DNA of 64,000 nt, taken from positions 2,368,001-2,432,000 of the forward strand of contig CAWIIB010000009.1 in the NCBI GenBank assembly GCA_963836075.1, read 5' to 3'. This document shows positions 1 to 10,379 of the stretch, one piece after another (the first letter of the stretch is position 1; every line of letters begins with the position of its first letter). The notes beneath the pieces were generated by a model that worked only from the letters and a program-made list of their open reading frames with translations, did no database searches and was not told the DNA's origin. The position numbers and the translations under genes were made by a program. The stretch is from an uncultured Acidobacteriota bacterium. Its GTDB lineage: Bacteria > Acidobacteriota > JAQAZP01.

Positions 1-1601
1 ATGTCGGCCATCAGACCATGGCGGCGCAGCCCGTCCATCACCAGCTGGTCCAGCTCACGCAGCAGGTCGAGACGGGGGCGGGTGATCCCGCCTGGCCGGA
101 CCTCGGCGGAGACGGGCGCTTCGTCCAGCAGGTTGTAGATACCGCGGTTCACCCCGGGCACCTCCTGGCAGATCCGGCCGGCCAGTCTGGTCAGGGTCTG
201 CCACTCCGCTCCCGGGCCGTGGAGCAGCACCGGGAACTCGTAGCTCCGCAGATCGGCCTTGACCCCCACACTGCGCACCGGCAGCAGCAGTCCCTCCAGG
301 CCGGAGGGCTCCAGCAGCGGTTTCAGTTGCGCCCCGGCGCCCTGCGGGTCGTAGCCTTCTGGTTCGCCATCGGCGGCGCAGAGAACCCTGATTCCCAGCC
401 CCGGGCCGGGGAAGGGGTGGCGGTAGAGCAGGTCGTCACTGATCTCCAGTTGTTTGCCCAGTTCCCGCACTTCCGACTTGTAGAGCTCCCGCAGCGGTTC
501 GATTACCCGGCCCTCGGCGATCATCTGCTCGACGATATCCACCCGGTTATGGTGGGTCTTGATCACGTCGGAGTGCTTGGTGCCTCCGGTTTCGATGGTG
601 TCGGGGTATATGGTGCCCTGGCCCAGCATGAATCCTTCGAGGTCCAGCCGTCGGGCCTCGCTGTTGAAGACATCGATAAAGGTGGTACCGATGATCTGCC
701 GTTTGCGCTCCGGCTCCGTTACCCCGGCCAGGGCCTGGAGGAAGGTTTCCGAGGCGTCGATGAAGTGCAGGTTCTCCCCCATGCCGTATTCCCGGAAGCG
801 GTCCACAACCCGCCGGCTTTCGCCCTTGCGCATCAGGCCGTTGTCGATGTGCAGCAACTGCAGCCGCGAAGCGCCCAGGGCCTTTTCGATCAGCCGGGCG
901 GTCACCGTGGAGTCCACACCGCCGCTGGCCAGCAGGAAGACGCTCCGCTCGCCGGCTTCGCGACGGATTGCCTCCACCTGCTCGACCACGTAGTCGTCGA
1001 TCTTCCAGGTGGGCCGGCAGCCGCAGATACGGAAGACAAAGTTGGACAGCATCTCCAGCCCGTGCACCGTGTCGTCCACCTCGGGGTGATACTGGAAGCC
1101 GTACCGTTTGAGGCCCGGGTGGGCGATGGCCGCGTTGCGGTGCGGCGGCCGGCCGTCTCCGATGGTGCTGGAGGCCAGTTCGATGAACCCCTCTCCCAGT
1201 TCGGTGACCGAGTCGCCGTGACTCATCCAGACCTGTTCCTCAGGACCCAGGCCTTGAAAAATCTCGGCCTGTTCATAGATCTGCAGTTTGGCAAAGCCGT
1301 ATTCCCGGGCGGTGTGTTCCACCTGTCCGCCGTAATGCTTGGCGATCTCCTGGTGCCCGAAGCAGAAGCCGATGATCGGCAGCTCCAGATCGAGCAATCC
1401 CTCCGTAAATTGCGAACCTTCACCGGCCGAGGCCAGCGCGGGGCTGCCGGAGAGCACGATCCCCTTGTATTCCTTAAACGAGTCCAGCGGGTCGCAGGGA
1501 TCCTTGATCTCGGCCAGCACGTCGAGTTTCCGGATCTTGGTGGCGATGAGGTGGCAGAACTGTCCGCCAAAGTCCACTACTGCGATTTTGTCGTGATTCA
1601 T
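1..1601 (-). CDS. guaA: Glutamine-hydrolysing GMP synthase, long form; 3' end lies beyond the window
   Basis: Absent from the ORF track because it has no stop in the window; translated by hand. Starts MNHDKIAVVDFGGQFCHLIA. Has GATase motifs GFCFGHQ and QYHPEV, the PP-loop SGGVDS and RHPFPGPGLGIRVLC. Confidence 0.95.
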   Translation of the reverse strand, partial: MNHDKIAVVDFGGQFCHLIATKIRKLDVLAEIKDPCDPLDSFKEYKGIVLSGSPALASAGEGSQFTEGLLDLELPIIGFCFGHQEIAKHYGGQVEHTAREYGFAKLQIYEQAEIFQGLGPEEQVWMSHGDSVTELGEGFIELASSTIGDGRPPHRNAAIAHPGLKRYGFQYHPEVDDTVHGLEMLSNFVFRICGCRPTWKIDDYVVEQVEAIRREAGERSVFLLASGGVDSTVTARLIEKALGASRLQLLHIDNGLMRKGESRRVVDRFREYGMGENLHFIDASETFLQALAGVTEPERKRQIIGTTFIDVFNSEARRLDLEGFMLGQGTIYPDTIETGGTKHSDVIKTHHNRVDIVEQMIAEGRVIEPLRELYKSEVRELGKQLEISDDLLYRHPFPGPGLGIRVLCAADGEPEGYDPQGAGAQLKPLLEPSGLEGLLLPVRSVGVKADLRSYEFPVLLHGPGAEWQTLTRLAGRICQEVPGVNRGIYNLLDEAPVSAEVRPGGITRPRLDLLRELDQLVMDGLRRHGLMAD

Positions 1602-1683
1602 GACCGGCCCCGCTATGGTTAAACGTGATTGATGAGGATGAATTCTACCGACAGGGTTCCAATGGCGTCAAGGCGGGAGGGGA

Positions 1684-2666
1684 TCAGGCCGCAGGGTCCA
1701 CCAGCACCTTGAGGCTGCCCGGGCGGGACGCCTCAATGAAAGCCTCCACCCCCCGGGTCAGCGGGTAGCGGGCGCTGATCAACCGGTCCAGCGGGTAGCG
1801 GTGGCGGGCCATGGAGGCCAGGGCGGCGGGGAAGGGGCCGCAGCGGGAACCCAGCAGACTGATCTCGTCCACCACCAGCGGGGTGAGGTTCTGCGGTTCT
1901 CCGCCGGCCAGGGTCGATTTGAGCACCAAGGTCCCGGCGGGGCGGGCCGCCGCGAGCGCACTGTTCAGTCCGGAGGCCGTGCCGCTGGCCTCCACCACCA
2001 GGGGGAATCGCTCCAGGGGTGCCGGCGGGCGCCAGTGATCCGTATGCACCGCGGTGATGCAACCCGGGACCCCGCCGGCAGCCAGGGCCAGCTTGTCCTG
2101 GTGCCGGCCCAGCAGGGTGACCGGACAGCCGCCGTCGGCTGCGAGCACCCAGGAGCAGAGAATGCCCAGCTTGCCGTCGCCCACCACCAGCACCGGTCCG
2201 GAGGGCCCCGGGCTGAGTTGCTCGAGGATGCGGCAGGCCGCGGCCAGCGGCTCGGTGAACAGTGCCTCTTCGTTGCTCAGTTCCGGGGGTACGGCGTGCA
2301 GGTTGGCCGCCGGGAGGACCGTCAGTTCGGCCAGGCAGCCGTCCCGTCCGGCAATACCCAGCACGGTGCGGTCCGGGCAGTGGTTGCCCAGTCGGTCCCG
2401 GCAGAAGGAGCAGGTGCCGCAGGGGCAGTTGATCTCGCCCACCACCCGCTGTCCCAGCAGCTCGGGCCGCTCCGGGCTCGCTTCCACCCGGCCGACAAAC
2501 TCGTGGCCCAGCACACCGTCAAAGCCCATGTACCCTTTTACCAGTTCCTGGTCGGTGCGGCAGATGCCGGCCAGCAGCACCCGGATCAGGGCTTCCCCGG
2601 GGGCCGGCCGGGGCTCGGGGTGGTCACCGGTCAACAGTGGGCTGCCCGGGCGGCAGAGCAGGGCTC

Positions 2667-2670
<4 letters not shown>
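1684..2670 (-). CDS. Zinc-dependent alcohol dehydrogenase family (MDR) protein
   Basis: GICRTD, GHEFVG, structural Zn site CxxCxxC-x7-C and GDGKLG Rossmann motif. The GTG start overlaps the upstream stop (GTGA). Confidence 0.9.
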
Positions 2671-3488
<818 letters not shown>

Positions 3489-3522
3489 GACCTGGTACTC
3501 TACAGGAGCCGCCGGGAACCGG

Positions 3523-3996
3523 TCAATCGGTGACCAGCGGCGAAAAATCGGTGACCGCCAGGTAGGCCGCGGCCAGTTGCTCCAGCCCTTCCCGGTCTTC
3601 GCTGGTGAACCGGCCGGGTTCCGGGCTGTCCAGGTCCAGCACGCCCACAAGCCGGCCCTGCGGCAGCAGGGGGACCACCAGCTCGGACCGCGATGCCGCG
3701 TCGCAGGCGATGTGGCCGGGGAACTGCCGCACATCCTCCACCAGCTGTGTCTCCCGCTTTTCGGCCGCCGTGCCGCAGACGCCGCGGCCCATCCTGATGC
3801 GCACACAGGCCGGTCTTCCCTGGAAGGGCCCCAGCACCAGTTCCTGGTCCCGTAAAAAGTAGAACCCGGCCCAGTTGAGCCTGGGCAGCCGTTCAAAAAT
3901 CAGCGCGCAGGTGTTGGCCGAGTTGGCCAGCAGGTCGTTCTCATCCCCCAGCAGCACCTTCAGATCCCGGGTCAGTGAGACGTAATCGAATCCCAT
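3523..3996 (-). CDS. msrC: GAF-domain free methionine-(R)-sulfoxide reductase
   Basis: NWAGFY, LGPFQGRPAC, GVCG, FPGHIACDAASRSELVVP and LDLDS motifs. Confidence 0.88.
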   Translation of the reverse strand: MGFDYVSLTRDLKVLLGDENDLLANSANTCALIFERLPRLNWAGFYFLRDQELVLGPFQGRPACVRIRMGRGVCGTAAEKRETQLVEDVRQFPGHIACDAASRSELVVPLLPQGRLVGVLDLDSPEPGRFTSEDREGLEQLAAAYLAVTDFSPLVTD

Positions 3997-4048
3997 ACCT
4001 CAACTCTCCATTTCACCGAAGCGGCCCAACCCGTCTCCGGATACTGCA

Positions 4049-4681
4049 TCACTCACACGTCCAGGTGAACCGCCCGATCTGGGGGCTCTCGGCAACGAGT
4101 GTATCACCTGGAACCACCGGGCCCACCCCTGCCGGGGTGCCGGTGTAGATCAGGTCACCGGGCAGCAGTTCCCAGGTGCGGCTGAGGATTTCGATCAACT
4201 GCTCCAGGGGGAAGAGCATGTCCGCCGTGCTGCCCTGCTGGTGCATCTCGCCGTTGATCTCCAGCCGCATCTCCACCACCGCCGGGTCCGCTTCCACGAA
4301 GTCGCCGATGGGGGCGCTCTGGTCAAACGCCTTGCACAGTTCCCAGGGCCGGCCCTTGTTCCTCAGTCCGGACTGCAGCTCGCGCAGGGTCAGGTCGATA
4401 CCCAGGCTGATCCCCGATACATGGCCCGGAGCATCCTCCCGGCCGATGTTCTTTCCCGCCGTTCCGATGGCGGCCACCATCTCCAGTTCGTGATGCACCA
4501 CGCCCTGTCCCCGGGGCAGGGTCACCGCGCTACCGGCGGGTACCAGGCTGGTGGCCGGTTTCATGAAGATGATGCAGCTGTCGTCCAGGGCCGCACCCAT
4601 CTCGCTGATGTGGTCGCCGTAGTTCCGCCCGATGCAGAAGACCCGGCGTGGTTCCACCGTTCCGTGGGGCAATCGAAGCAT
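4049..4681 (-). CDS. Fumarylacetoacetate hydrolase family protein
   Basis: CIGRNY, FMKP, HHELE and PGDLIYTGTPAGVG motifs. Confidence 0.92.
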   Translation of the reverse strand: MLRLPHGTVEPRRVFCIGRNYGDHISEMGAALDDSCIIFMKPATSLVPAGSAVTLPRGQGVVHHELEMVAAIGTAGKNIGREDAPGHVSGISLGIDLTLRELQSGLRNKGRPWELCKAFDQSAPIGDFVEADPAVVEMRLEINGEMHQQGSTADMLFPLEQLIEILSRTWELLPGDLIYTGTPAGVGPVVPGDTLVAESPQIGRFTWTCE

Positions 4682-4691
4682 CTCCTCTCCT

Positions 4692-5156
4692 TCAGTCCTC
4701 GCCGCGATCCGGCCGCGGCGGCTTCCGGCTGCTCTTCAGTCGTGCGCGCCGCTGTTTGGTGTCCAGCCGGCGTTCCACCGAAGCCTTGCTGGGCCTCGTC
4801 TTTCGTCTCTTCTTCGGCTGCTCCGTGGCGCGGCGAACCAGGGTGACCAGCCGCTGGACCGCGTCCTCCCGGTTGCGCTGCTGGCTGCGAAAGCGCCGGG
4901 CCACGATCACCAGCACCCCCTCGGCGGTAACCCGTCTGCCGGCCAGGCGGATCAGGCGTTCCCGCACATCCGGCGGCAGGGCAGGGGAGGCGCCGGCGTC
5001 GAAACGCAGCTGCACCGCGGTGGCCACCTTGTTCACGTTCTGTCCGCCCGGGCCCGAGGACCGCACGAAACTGAACACCAGCTCCTCCTCAGGTATCCGG
5101 ATGGATTCGGTGACCACGATCACTTTTCGCAGTTCTTCCGCCGGTACGTCGGTCAT
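4692..5156 (-). CDS. arfB: Alternative ribosome rescue peptidyl-tRNA hydrolase ArfB (YaeJ)
   Basis: RSSGPGGQNVNKV (GGQ motif), RSQQRNRE and a basic C-terminal tail. Confidence 0.93.
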   Translation of the reverse strand: MTDVPAEELRKVIVVTESIRIPEEELVFSFVRSSGPGGQNVNKVATAVQLRFDAGASPALPPDVRERLIRLAGRRVTAEGVLVIVARRFRSQQRNREDAVQRLVTLVRRATEQPKKRRKTRPSKASVERRLDTKQRRARLKSSRKPPRPDRGED

Positions 5157-6274
5157 GGCCCACTCTCCGCGTCATGCCCGGCCGGCAGCCGTGAGATCTC
5201 TCTGCCGTCGCGGGTCAGGTAGCCGTTGTGCAGGCTGGCGGTGATACAGGAGTGAACCGGGTAGACGTGAAGCAGGTCGCCGGGGCGTACCCGGGAGATC
5301 AGCGGTCCACCGGCGACAAGCATGCCATGCTCCTGGGTCAGGCCGGTGAGGGATGCGGCACCCTGGAAATCTGAGGCCGGCGGCTCGTCTCCGGCGAGGG
5401 CCAGGCCGTAGATTGTCGGGCCGCCTTGCCTGCGGGTCAGGGGCTCACGCCCCAGATGTACTGTTCCGCCATAGATGGCGATCCGGTGTCGTGGCGGGTA
5501 GACCCCGATCACCGGGCAGACGGCAGCCAGGGCGATATCGTTGGCAGTGCAGGCTCCCAGCTGGAGCTGCATCAGGTCATAGAAGACAAAGTTGCCCGGC
5601 CGGACTTCATCCACCCCTTCCAGACGGTCAACCACACTGCAGCCCGGTGTGTCCCCCACGGAGAGGTCGCACTGGATTCCCTCTCCCTGCAGTACGTCAC
5701 GGATATCCTGCAGCCGGGCCGTGGTTTCGGCCTGGATGGCCCTGATCCGGTCCACTGTGGCCGCCTGGTATGTCTGCCCGCTGTGGGCCAGCAGGCCTCT
5801 CAGTCGGCAGTGCCTGGCCTCCCGCGCCTCCCGGGCCAGGCATTGAATGGTGTCAGTGTCGTCCCAGGGGATCCCGGTCCGGCCATAACCAGGATCGATC
5901 TCGATCCAGAGGTCCACGGGGCGGGACAACCGGTGTTCCAGAGCCTGCAGGCTCTGCCGGTCGTCCACCAGCAGCCCGAGGGCGATCTCCCCGGCCAGAT
6001 GGTCGATGGCATCCAGTTCGCGGAGGTTCACCGGTACGGCCAGGGTGATGTCCGCCCAGCCGTGACCGGCGAAGTAGCGGGCCATGGCCAGCGAGGAGAC
6101 CGTGATCGATTCCACCCCGCAGTCCCGGAACCAGCGGCCCACTTCGGCCGACTGGTGGGTCTTGAAGTGCGGGCGGAAACGCACCCCCGAGGCCCTGACC
6201 CTCCCGGCCATCCGCTCGATGTTTCGCCGTGCCGTCTTCTCGCTGAGCAGCAGGGTGGGCCGGGTGATCTGCAC
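5153..6274 (-). CDS. PLP-dependent fold-type III enzyme, D-threonine aldolase / D-serine dehydratase-like
   Basis: RPHFKTH (PLP lysine), EVRPGNFVFYD, QEHG and PVHSC motifs. Confidence 0.88.
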   Translation of the reverse strand: MQITRPTLLLSEKTARRNIERMAGRVRASGVRFRPHFKTHQSAEVGRWFRDCGVESITVSSLAMARYFAGHGWADITLAVPVNLRELDAIDHLAGEIALGLLVDDRQSLQALEHRLSRPVDLWIEIDPGYGRTGIPWDDTDTIQCLAREAREARHCRLRGLLAHSGQTYQAATVDRIRAIQAETTARLQDIRDVLQGEGIQCDLSVGDTPGCSVVDRLEGVDEVRPGNFVFYDLMQLQLGACTANDIALAAVCPVIGVYPPRHRIAIYGGTVHLGREPLTRRQGGPTIYGLALAGDEPPASDFQGAASLTGLTQEHGMLVAGGPLISRVRPGDLLHVYPVHSCITASLHNGYLTRDGREISRLPAGHDAESGP

Positions 6275-6451
6275 CGTGATTGTCCTCCGTTCCTTGTACT
6301 CCGGGGCCGTCTGATTCGCTATGATATGTGTGCGTGTTGCGGAGCGTCAAGAAACGGTCCGGCCCGCCTTGTCCCGCTGTCGACCGATGTGGTAGCTTTG
6401 CACCTTGCTTCCCGGCCGGGCAATACGGCCCACGGGAGAAGGAGAGATGGT

Positions 6452-7234
6452 ATGGAGCGCGAGATACTGGAGGCCTGCAGAGAACTGACCGAGGCCGGCG
6501 AAACAGGGGTGCTGGCCGTGGTGGTCTCCGCCAGCGGGTCGGTTCCCCGCGAGGCCGGGGCCTGGATGCTGGTCTCCGCGCGGGGGATGACGGGCACGGT
6601 GGGCGGCGGCGCCCTGGAAAAGCGAATTCTCGACGAAGCCCCCGGTGTGCTGGCCGCCGGCGTGCCGCAGCTCTTCTCCTTCAGCCTGGGCCAGGATCTG
6701 GGCATGAACTGCGGGGGCAGCGTTTCGGTCTATCTCGAGCCCCTGCTCCCGGCCGGCCGGCTGGTGATTTTCGGCGGCGGGCACATCGGCCTGGCCCTGC
6801 ACCGCCTCTCCCCGCTGTTGGGAACCCGGACGGTGGTGGTGGATGAGCGGACCGAGTTCTCCGCCGCCGGCCGTTTCCCCGGTGCGCGCACCATCTGCGC
6901 CATGCCTGCCCCGGCTGCCGAAGATCTGGCCATCGGCGGGCGGGACTCGGTGGTGGTGGTGACCCACCAGCACTGCCACGACCTGGACGCGGTGCGGGCG
7001 GTGATCGAAGCCCGTCCCGGCTACCTGGGGATGATCGGGTCGCGGAGCAAGGTGAAGAAGACCCGGGACGCCTTGCTGGCCGACGGCGTTCCGCCGGAGC
7101 TGCTGGGCACCCTGCGCGCCCCGGTGGGTCTCGACCTCGGCGGGCGGACCCCCGGTGAAATCGCGGTGGCCATCGCCGCCGAAATCATCGCTCTCCGTTC
7201 GGGGCGTTCTATCCCGGCGGAACTCTCATGGTGA
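6452..7234 (+). CDS. xdhC: XdhC/CoxI family molybdenum hydroxylase accessory protein
   Basis: GSVPREAGA, GTVGGGALE, GMNCGG, YLGMIGSRSK and APVGLDLGGRTPGEIAVAI motifs. Confidence 0.9.
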   Translation: MEREILEACRELTEAGETGVLAVVVSASGSVPREAGAWMLVSARGMTGTVGGGALEKRILDEAPGVLAAGVPQLFSFSLGQDLGMNCGGSVSVYLEPLLPAGRLVIFGGGHIGLALHRLSPLLGTRTVVVDERTEFSAAGRFPGARTICAMPAPAAEDLAIGGRDSVVVVTHQHCHDLDAVRAVIEARPGYLGMIGSRSKVKKTRDALLADGVPPELLGTLRAPVGLDLGGRTPGEIAVAIAAEIIALRSGRSIPAELSW

Positions 7235-7857
7235 TCGGGGCGGTGATTCTTGCCGCCGGAGCCTCCCGGCGGATGGGCGGGCGGCCCAAGGCGCTGCTCA
7301 CGGTGGGCGGCACCTCCTTCCTTGCCCTGCTCACCGGCACCTTCCGTTCCGCCGGCGTGGACCAGGTCCGGGCGGTGGTCTCGGCGGACCTCAGACCCCG
7401 GGCCGCGGCGCTTGCGGTTGCGGGCCTCGAACTGCTGGTGCCCTCCGAACCCACACCAGAGCCGCTGGCCTCGCTCAAGGCGGGGATGGCCGCAATACCC
7501 GACGACTGGGAGGCGCTGCTGGTCCAGCCGGTGGACCACCCGCTGGTGCACCCCCAGACCGTCCGTCGCCAGATCGGCCTTTTCTCCTCGGATTCCGAAC
7601 GGCCCATCGTCCAGCTGCGCCGCCGGGGCTGCGGGGGCCACCCGCTGCTGGTGGGACGGGCCTGTTTCGAGGAAATCCTCCACCTGCCGGAAGGGGGGGA
7701 CGGGCTGCGCCAGATGCTGCGCGCCGATCCGGGGCGGGTCAGACCCTGCGAGACGGCGGACAACGGGGCGTTCTCCGGGGTGAACACCGAGGAGGACTAC
7801 CGCCGGCTGCTCCGGCTGGAGACCGGCGGGCGGCCGATCACTCATCCGTCTCGTTGA
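7228..7857 (+). CDS. Nucleotidyltransferase, MocA/YgfJ-like molybdenum cofactor cytidylyltransferase
   Basis: ILAAGASRRMG..K, PVDHP and GHP motifs; overlaps xdhC. Confidence 0.85.
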   Translation: MVIGAVILAAGASRRMGGRPKALLTVGGTSFLALLTGTFRSAGVDQVRAVVSADLRPRAAALAVAGLELLVPSEPTPEPLASLKAGMAAIPDDWEALLVQPVDHPLVHPQTVRRQIGLFSSDSERPIVQLRRRGCGGHPLLVGRACFEEILHLPEGGDGLRQMLRADPGRVRPCETADNGAFSGVNTEEDYRRLLRLETGGRPITHPSR

Positions 7858-8770
7858 GCGCGCCAAAGGGCACGTGCACCGCGGGCACCGCCCCGGAGGC
7901 CGGTCCGGCGTGGGTCATCTGGTCGTCGAAGAAGATGTGCGGCCGGAAGACCTCCAGCACCGGCCGTTTTTCCATCCCGCCGAGAAAGAGGGTCTCGTCC
8001 ACGCGGATGCCCCAGCTGCGCAGAGTGGTCACCACCCGCTCGTGAGCCGGGGCGCCCCGCGAGGTGATGATCGCGGTGCGGATTTTCGGCCGGTAGCCCG
8101 GTTCCCGCTGCTGCCGTTCGGTCTCCCATTGCTGCAGGGCGGCGATCTCCCGGAAGAGGCGGGTCAGCGGGCCGGGGCGGTGGGCGGTGGCGGCCTGCTC
8201 GGCCTCGCTGTCCTGGAAACCGGCCAGACCCTCGGTGCGGAAGATGTTCTCCGCCTCATCGTCCACCACCACCCCGTCAAAGTCGAAAGCCACTCGCAGT
8301 TCGTCGTCGTTTTGATCATCGACATAGTCGGATTTGAGGACCAGGCCGGCCGGGAAACCGCGCTGGATGGCGTCCCGGATGTCCGCCTGGTCGGCGGAGA
8401 GGAAGAGGCTGGCGTTGAAGGCATCGAGGTAGCGCCAGGGCGGCCGGCCGCTGAGGAATGTGCCGCGGGTGATGTCCAGCCCGTGGGCGGCCATGGAGCG
8501 GAAGGCCCGCAGCCCGGTGTCCGGGTCGTTGCGGGAGAGCAGGATCACCTCCACCGGGCGGTCCGCCTCCTCCACGCCGTTGAGGCTCAGCAGCCGCTTG
8601 ATGAAGGGGAAGGCCACACCCGGGTCCAGCGAGGTCCGTTCGTGGTCCCGCTGGTACTTCCGGTATTCCTCCAGGCCCCGCTGGCGGTAGATCCGGTCGG
8701 CCTCGGCGAGGTCGAACAGCGCACTGGAGGCCACAGCCACCACCAGTTTGTCTTTGATGGGGAAGGGCAT
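7838..8770 (-). CDS. 5'-nucleotidase (HAD-like, cN-I type)
   Basis: LVVAVASSALFDL, LRVAFDFDGV, FLGG and PHIFFDDQ motifs. Start taken at MPFPIKDK. Confidence 0.9.
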   Translation of the reverse strand: MPFPIKDKLVVAVASSALFDLAEADRIYRQRGLEEYRKYQRDHERTSLDPGVAFPFIKRLLSLNGVEEADRPVEVILLSRNDPDTGLRAFRSMAAHGLDITRGTFLSGRPPWRYLDAFNASLFLSADQADIRDAIQRGFPAGLVLKSDYVDDQNDDELRVAFDFDGVVVDDEAENIFRTEGLAGFQDSEAEQAATAHRPGPLTRLFREIAALQQWETERQQREPGYRPKIRTAIITSRGAPAHERVVTTLRSWGIRVDETLFLGGMEKRPVLEVFRPHIFFDDQMTHAGPASGAVPAVHVPFGALNETDE

Positions 8771-8777
8771 GGTTCGC

Positions 8778-9350
8778 TCAGCAGCACCGTTCACCGGTCC
8801 GGCCGCAGCCGGGGCAGTGCTTCGCTCCGGGAGGCAGGGCCGCGCCGCACCCCGGGCAGCCCTCGATTTCCACGACCAGGGCCAGACCGCAGGAGGGGCA
8901 CTCGGCCGCACTTTCCGGCGCGGGTTCGCCGCAGGCCGGACAGGTTTCGGGATTGACCTGGGCCGGTGCTGACCCCTCCAGCTCGGGCACGTCGGCACAG
9001 AGCTGCTGGGCGTCGACACTGGCCGCCGCCTCGGCGTCCGGACGGCGCACCAGGACATTGAAGCGGCCGGTTCCGTGGCAGCACTTGGCCCCCGGGGTCT
9101 CCTGGGCCTCGATCAGGTGGTCGATGCCGGCCCGTTCCAGCCGGGCACCCAGCCGCTTGGCCCACTCCAGGTCGGCCACCCGGATACAGACCAGGTCGCG
9201 GGTGTCCCGGGGTGGAGCCGCGGCGGGGGGCGGGGGGATGTGAGCCGGCTGTCCGGGCAGCACCAGGGTTTCTCCGCAGTCGGCACAGCGCTCGATCTGC
9301 GGCACGTATTCCGCTCCGCAGGCGGGGCAGACCTTGACCATTTCTTCCAT
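8778..9350 (-). CDS. Zinc-ribbon protein with a central DUF2007-like domain
   Basis: Three CxxC...CxxC pairs (one N-terminal, two C-terminal) around RLERAGIDHLI...VLVRRPDAEAA. Confidence 0.75.
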   Translation of the reverse strand: MEEMVKVCPACGAEYVPQIERCADCGETLVLPGQPAHIPPPPAAAPPRDTRDLVCIRVADLEWAKRLGARLERAGIDHLIEAQETPGAKCCHGTGRFNVLVRRPDAEAAASVDAQQLCADVPELEGSAPAQVNPETCPACGEPAPESAAECPSCGLALVVEIEGCPGCGAALPPGAKHCPGCGRTGERCC

Positions 9351-9396
9351 TGCGGTCTCCGGTTCGGGAATGGGCGGCCCCGCAGGGGGCCCGGTC

Positions 9397-10206
9397 TCAG
9401 GACGTCGGCTCGGGCAGGCGCCGGACCATCTGACGGAGGTCCTTCACCGCCGCCGGTGCACCGGCGAGGATGAAACCTCCCAGTTCTTCGCCGTGAACCA
9501 TGCCGGCGTAGTCCACGGGACCGCCGCGCAGCAGTTCGAAGTCGAGACCCACGGCGATGTTCACCGCGTGTGAGCCGGCGATATCCCAGATGTGCACCCT
9601 GCGGTTTTCCATCGCCGCGGTGATCCCGGGGTAGATCAGCGGACAGCAGAGGTGCAGGGCGGCGCTGCCCAGGTTGCGGCACTTCCCCGGGTAGCGGCTC
9701 ATGTCCATGTGCTGATGGATCCTCGAGTAGACCATGATGTTGGTTTTTGACGATATGGGCTGGTGGGGATCGGGCGGCTCGATGCGTCGGCCGTTGCAAG
9801 TGCCTTCCAGTCCAACATCGGCGAAGAAGAAGAGGCCCAGCCGCGGGGCAAAGAGCAGCCCGCCCACCGGGGTCAGGGTCTCGTCCAGCAGGCCCACCGA
9901 GACGCACCAGCCGGGCATGCCCCGGCTGAAGGAATCGGTGCCGTCCACCGGGTCGATGGAAAAAGTGAAGTCGCGCGTGATCTTGTAGTCACGGACGGTC
10001 TCTTCGGAGATGATGTTGGTGTCCGGATAGAGCCGCCGGATCTCCCCGGTGAGGAACTCCTCCACCAGGTGGTCGGCGCGAGTGACCACCGAGCCGTCGG
10101 CCTTGAACTGCCGCTGGTCATATTCCAGGGTGTTCTGCTGGTCCACGGCGATGGTGCCGGCGCGGCGCATCGGGCCGATCAGTTGTTCCAGGTGCGGTAT
10201 GGGCAT
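9397..10206 (-). CDS. Inositol monophosphatase family protein
   Basis: VTRAD, ISEE, IDPVDGT, GSAAL and WDIAG motifs. Confidence 0.9.
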   Translation of the reverse strand: MPIPHLEQLIGPMRRAGTIAVDQQNTLEYDQRQFKADGSVVTRADHLVEEFLTGEIRRLYPDTNIISEETVRDYKITRDFTFSIDPVDGTDSFSRGMPGWCVSVGLLDETLTPVGGLLFAPRLGLFFFADVGLEGTCNGRRIEPPDPHQPISSKTNIMVYSRIHQHMDMSRYPGKCRNLGSAALHLCCPLIYPGITAAMENRRVHIWDIAGSHAVNIAVGLDFELLRGGPVDYAGMVHGEELGGFILAGAPAAVKDLRQMVRRLPEPTS

Positions 10207-10269
10207 CGTTCCTCCGGGTAGCACAGTATTCTTGTTTCCACCCGTGCGATTGTCAAGGGATCGCGTATT

Positions 10270-10356
10270 TGGATCAGGTCAAGCGGAGTTGCATCAGGGC
10301 GACGTTGGAGCGCTTCGCGACCGGAGCCAGAGTACAACTCCGCTTGACCTGATCCA
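10270..10356. repeat. Perfect 22-bp inverted repeat (REP/MITE-like hairpin)
   Basis: TGGATCAGGTCAAGCGGAGTTG (10270-10291) and its exact reverse complement (10335-10356) enclose a 43-nt spacer; intergenic. Confidence 0.85.
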
Positions 10357-10379
10357 GTATTCGCCCCACATTGAAGGAC

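Noticed and set aside
18-1622. 534-aa plus-strand ORF and other long antisense ORFs (e.g. 22077..24098, 24704..26107, 31255..32538, 39694..41079)
   Set aside because: These are shadow frames of well-supported minus-strand genes in high-GC DNA and carry no motifs.
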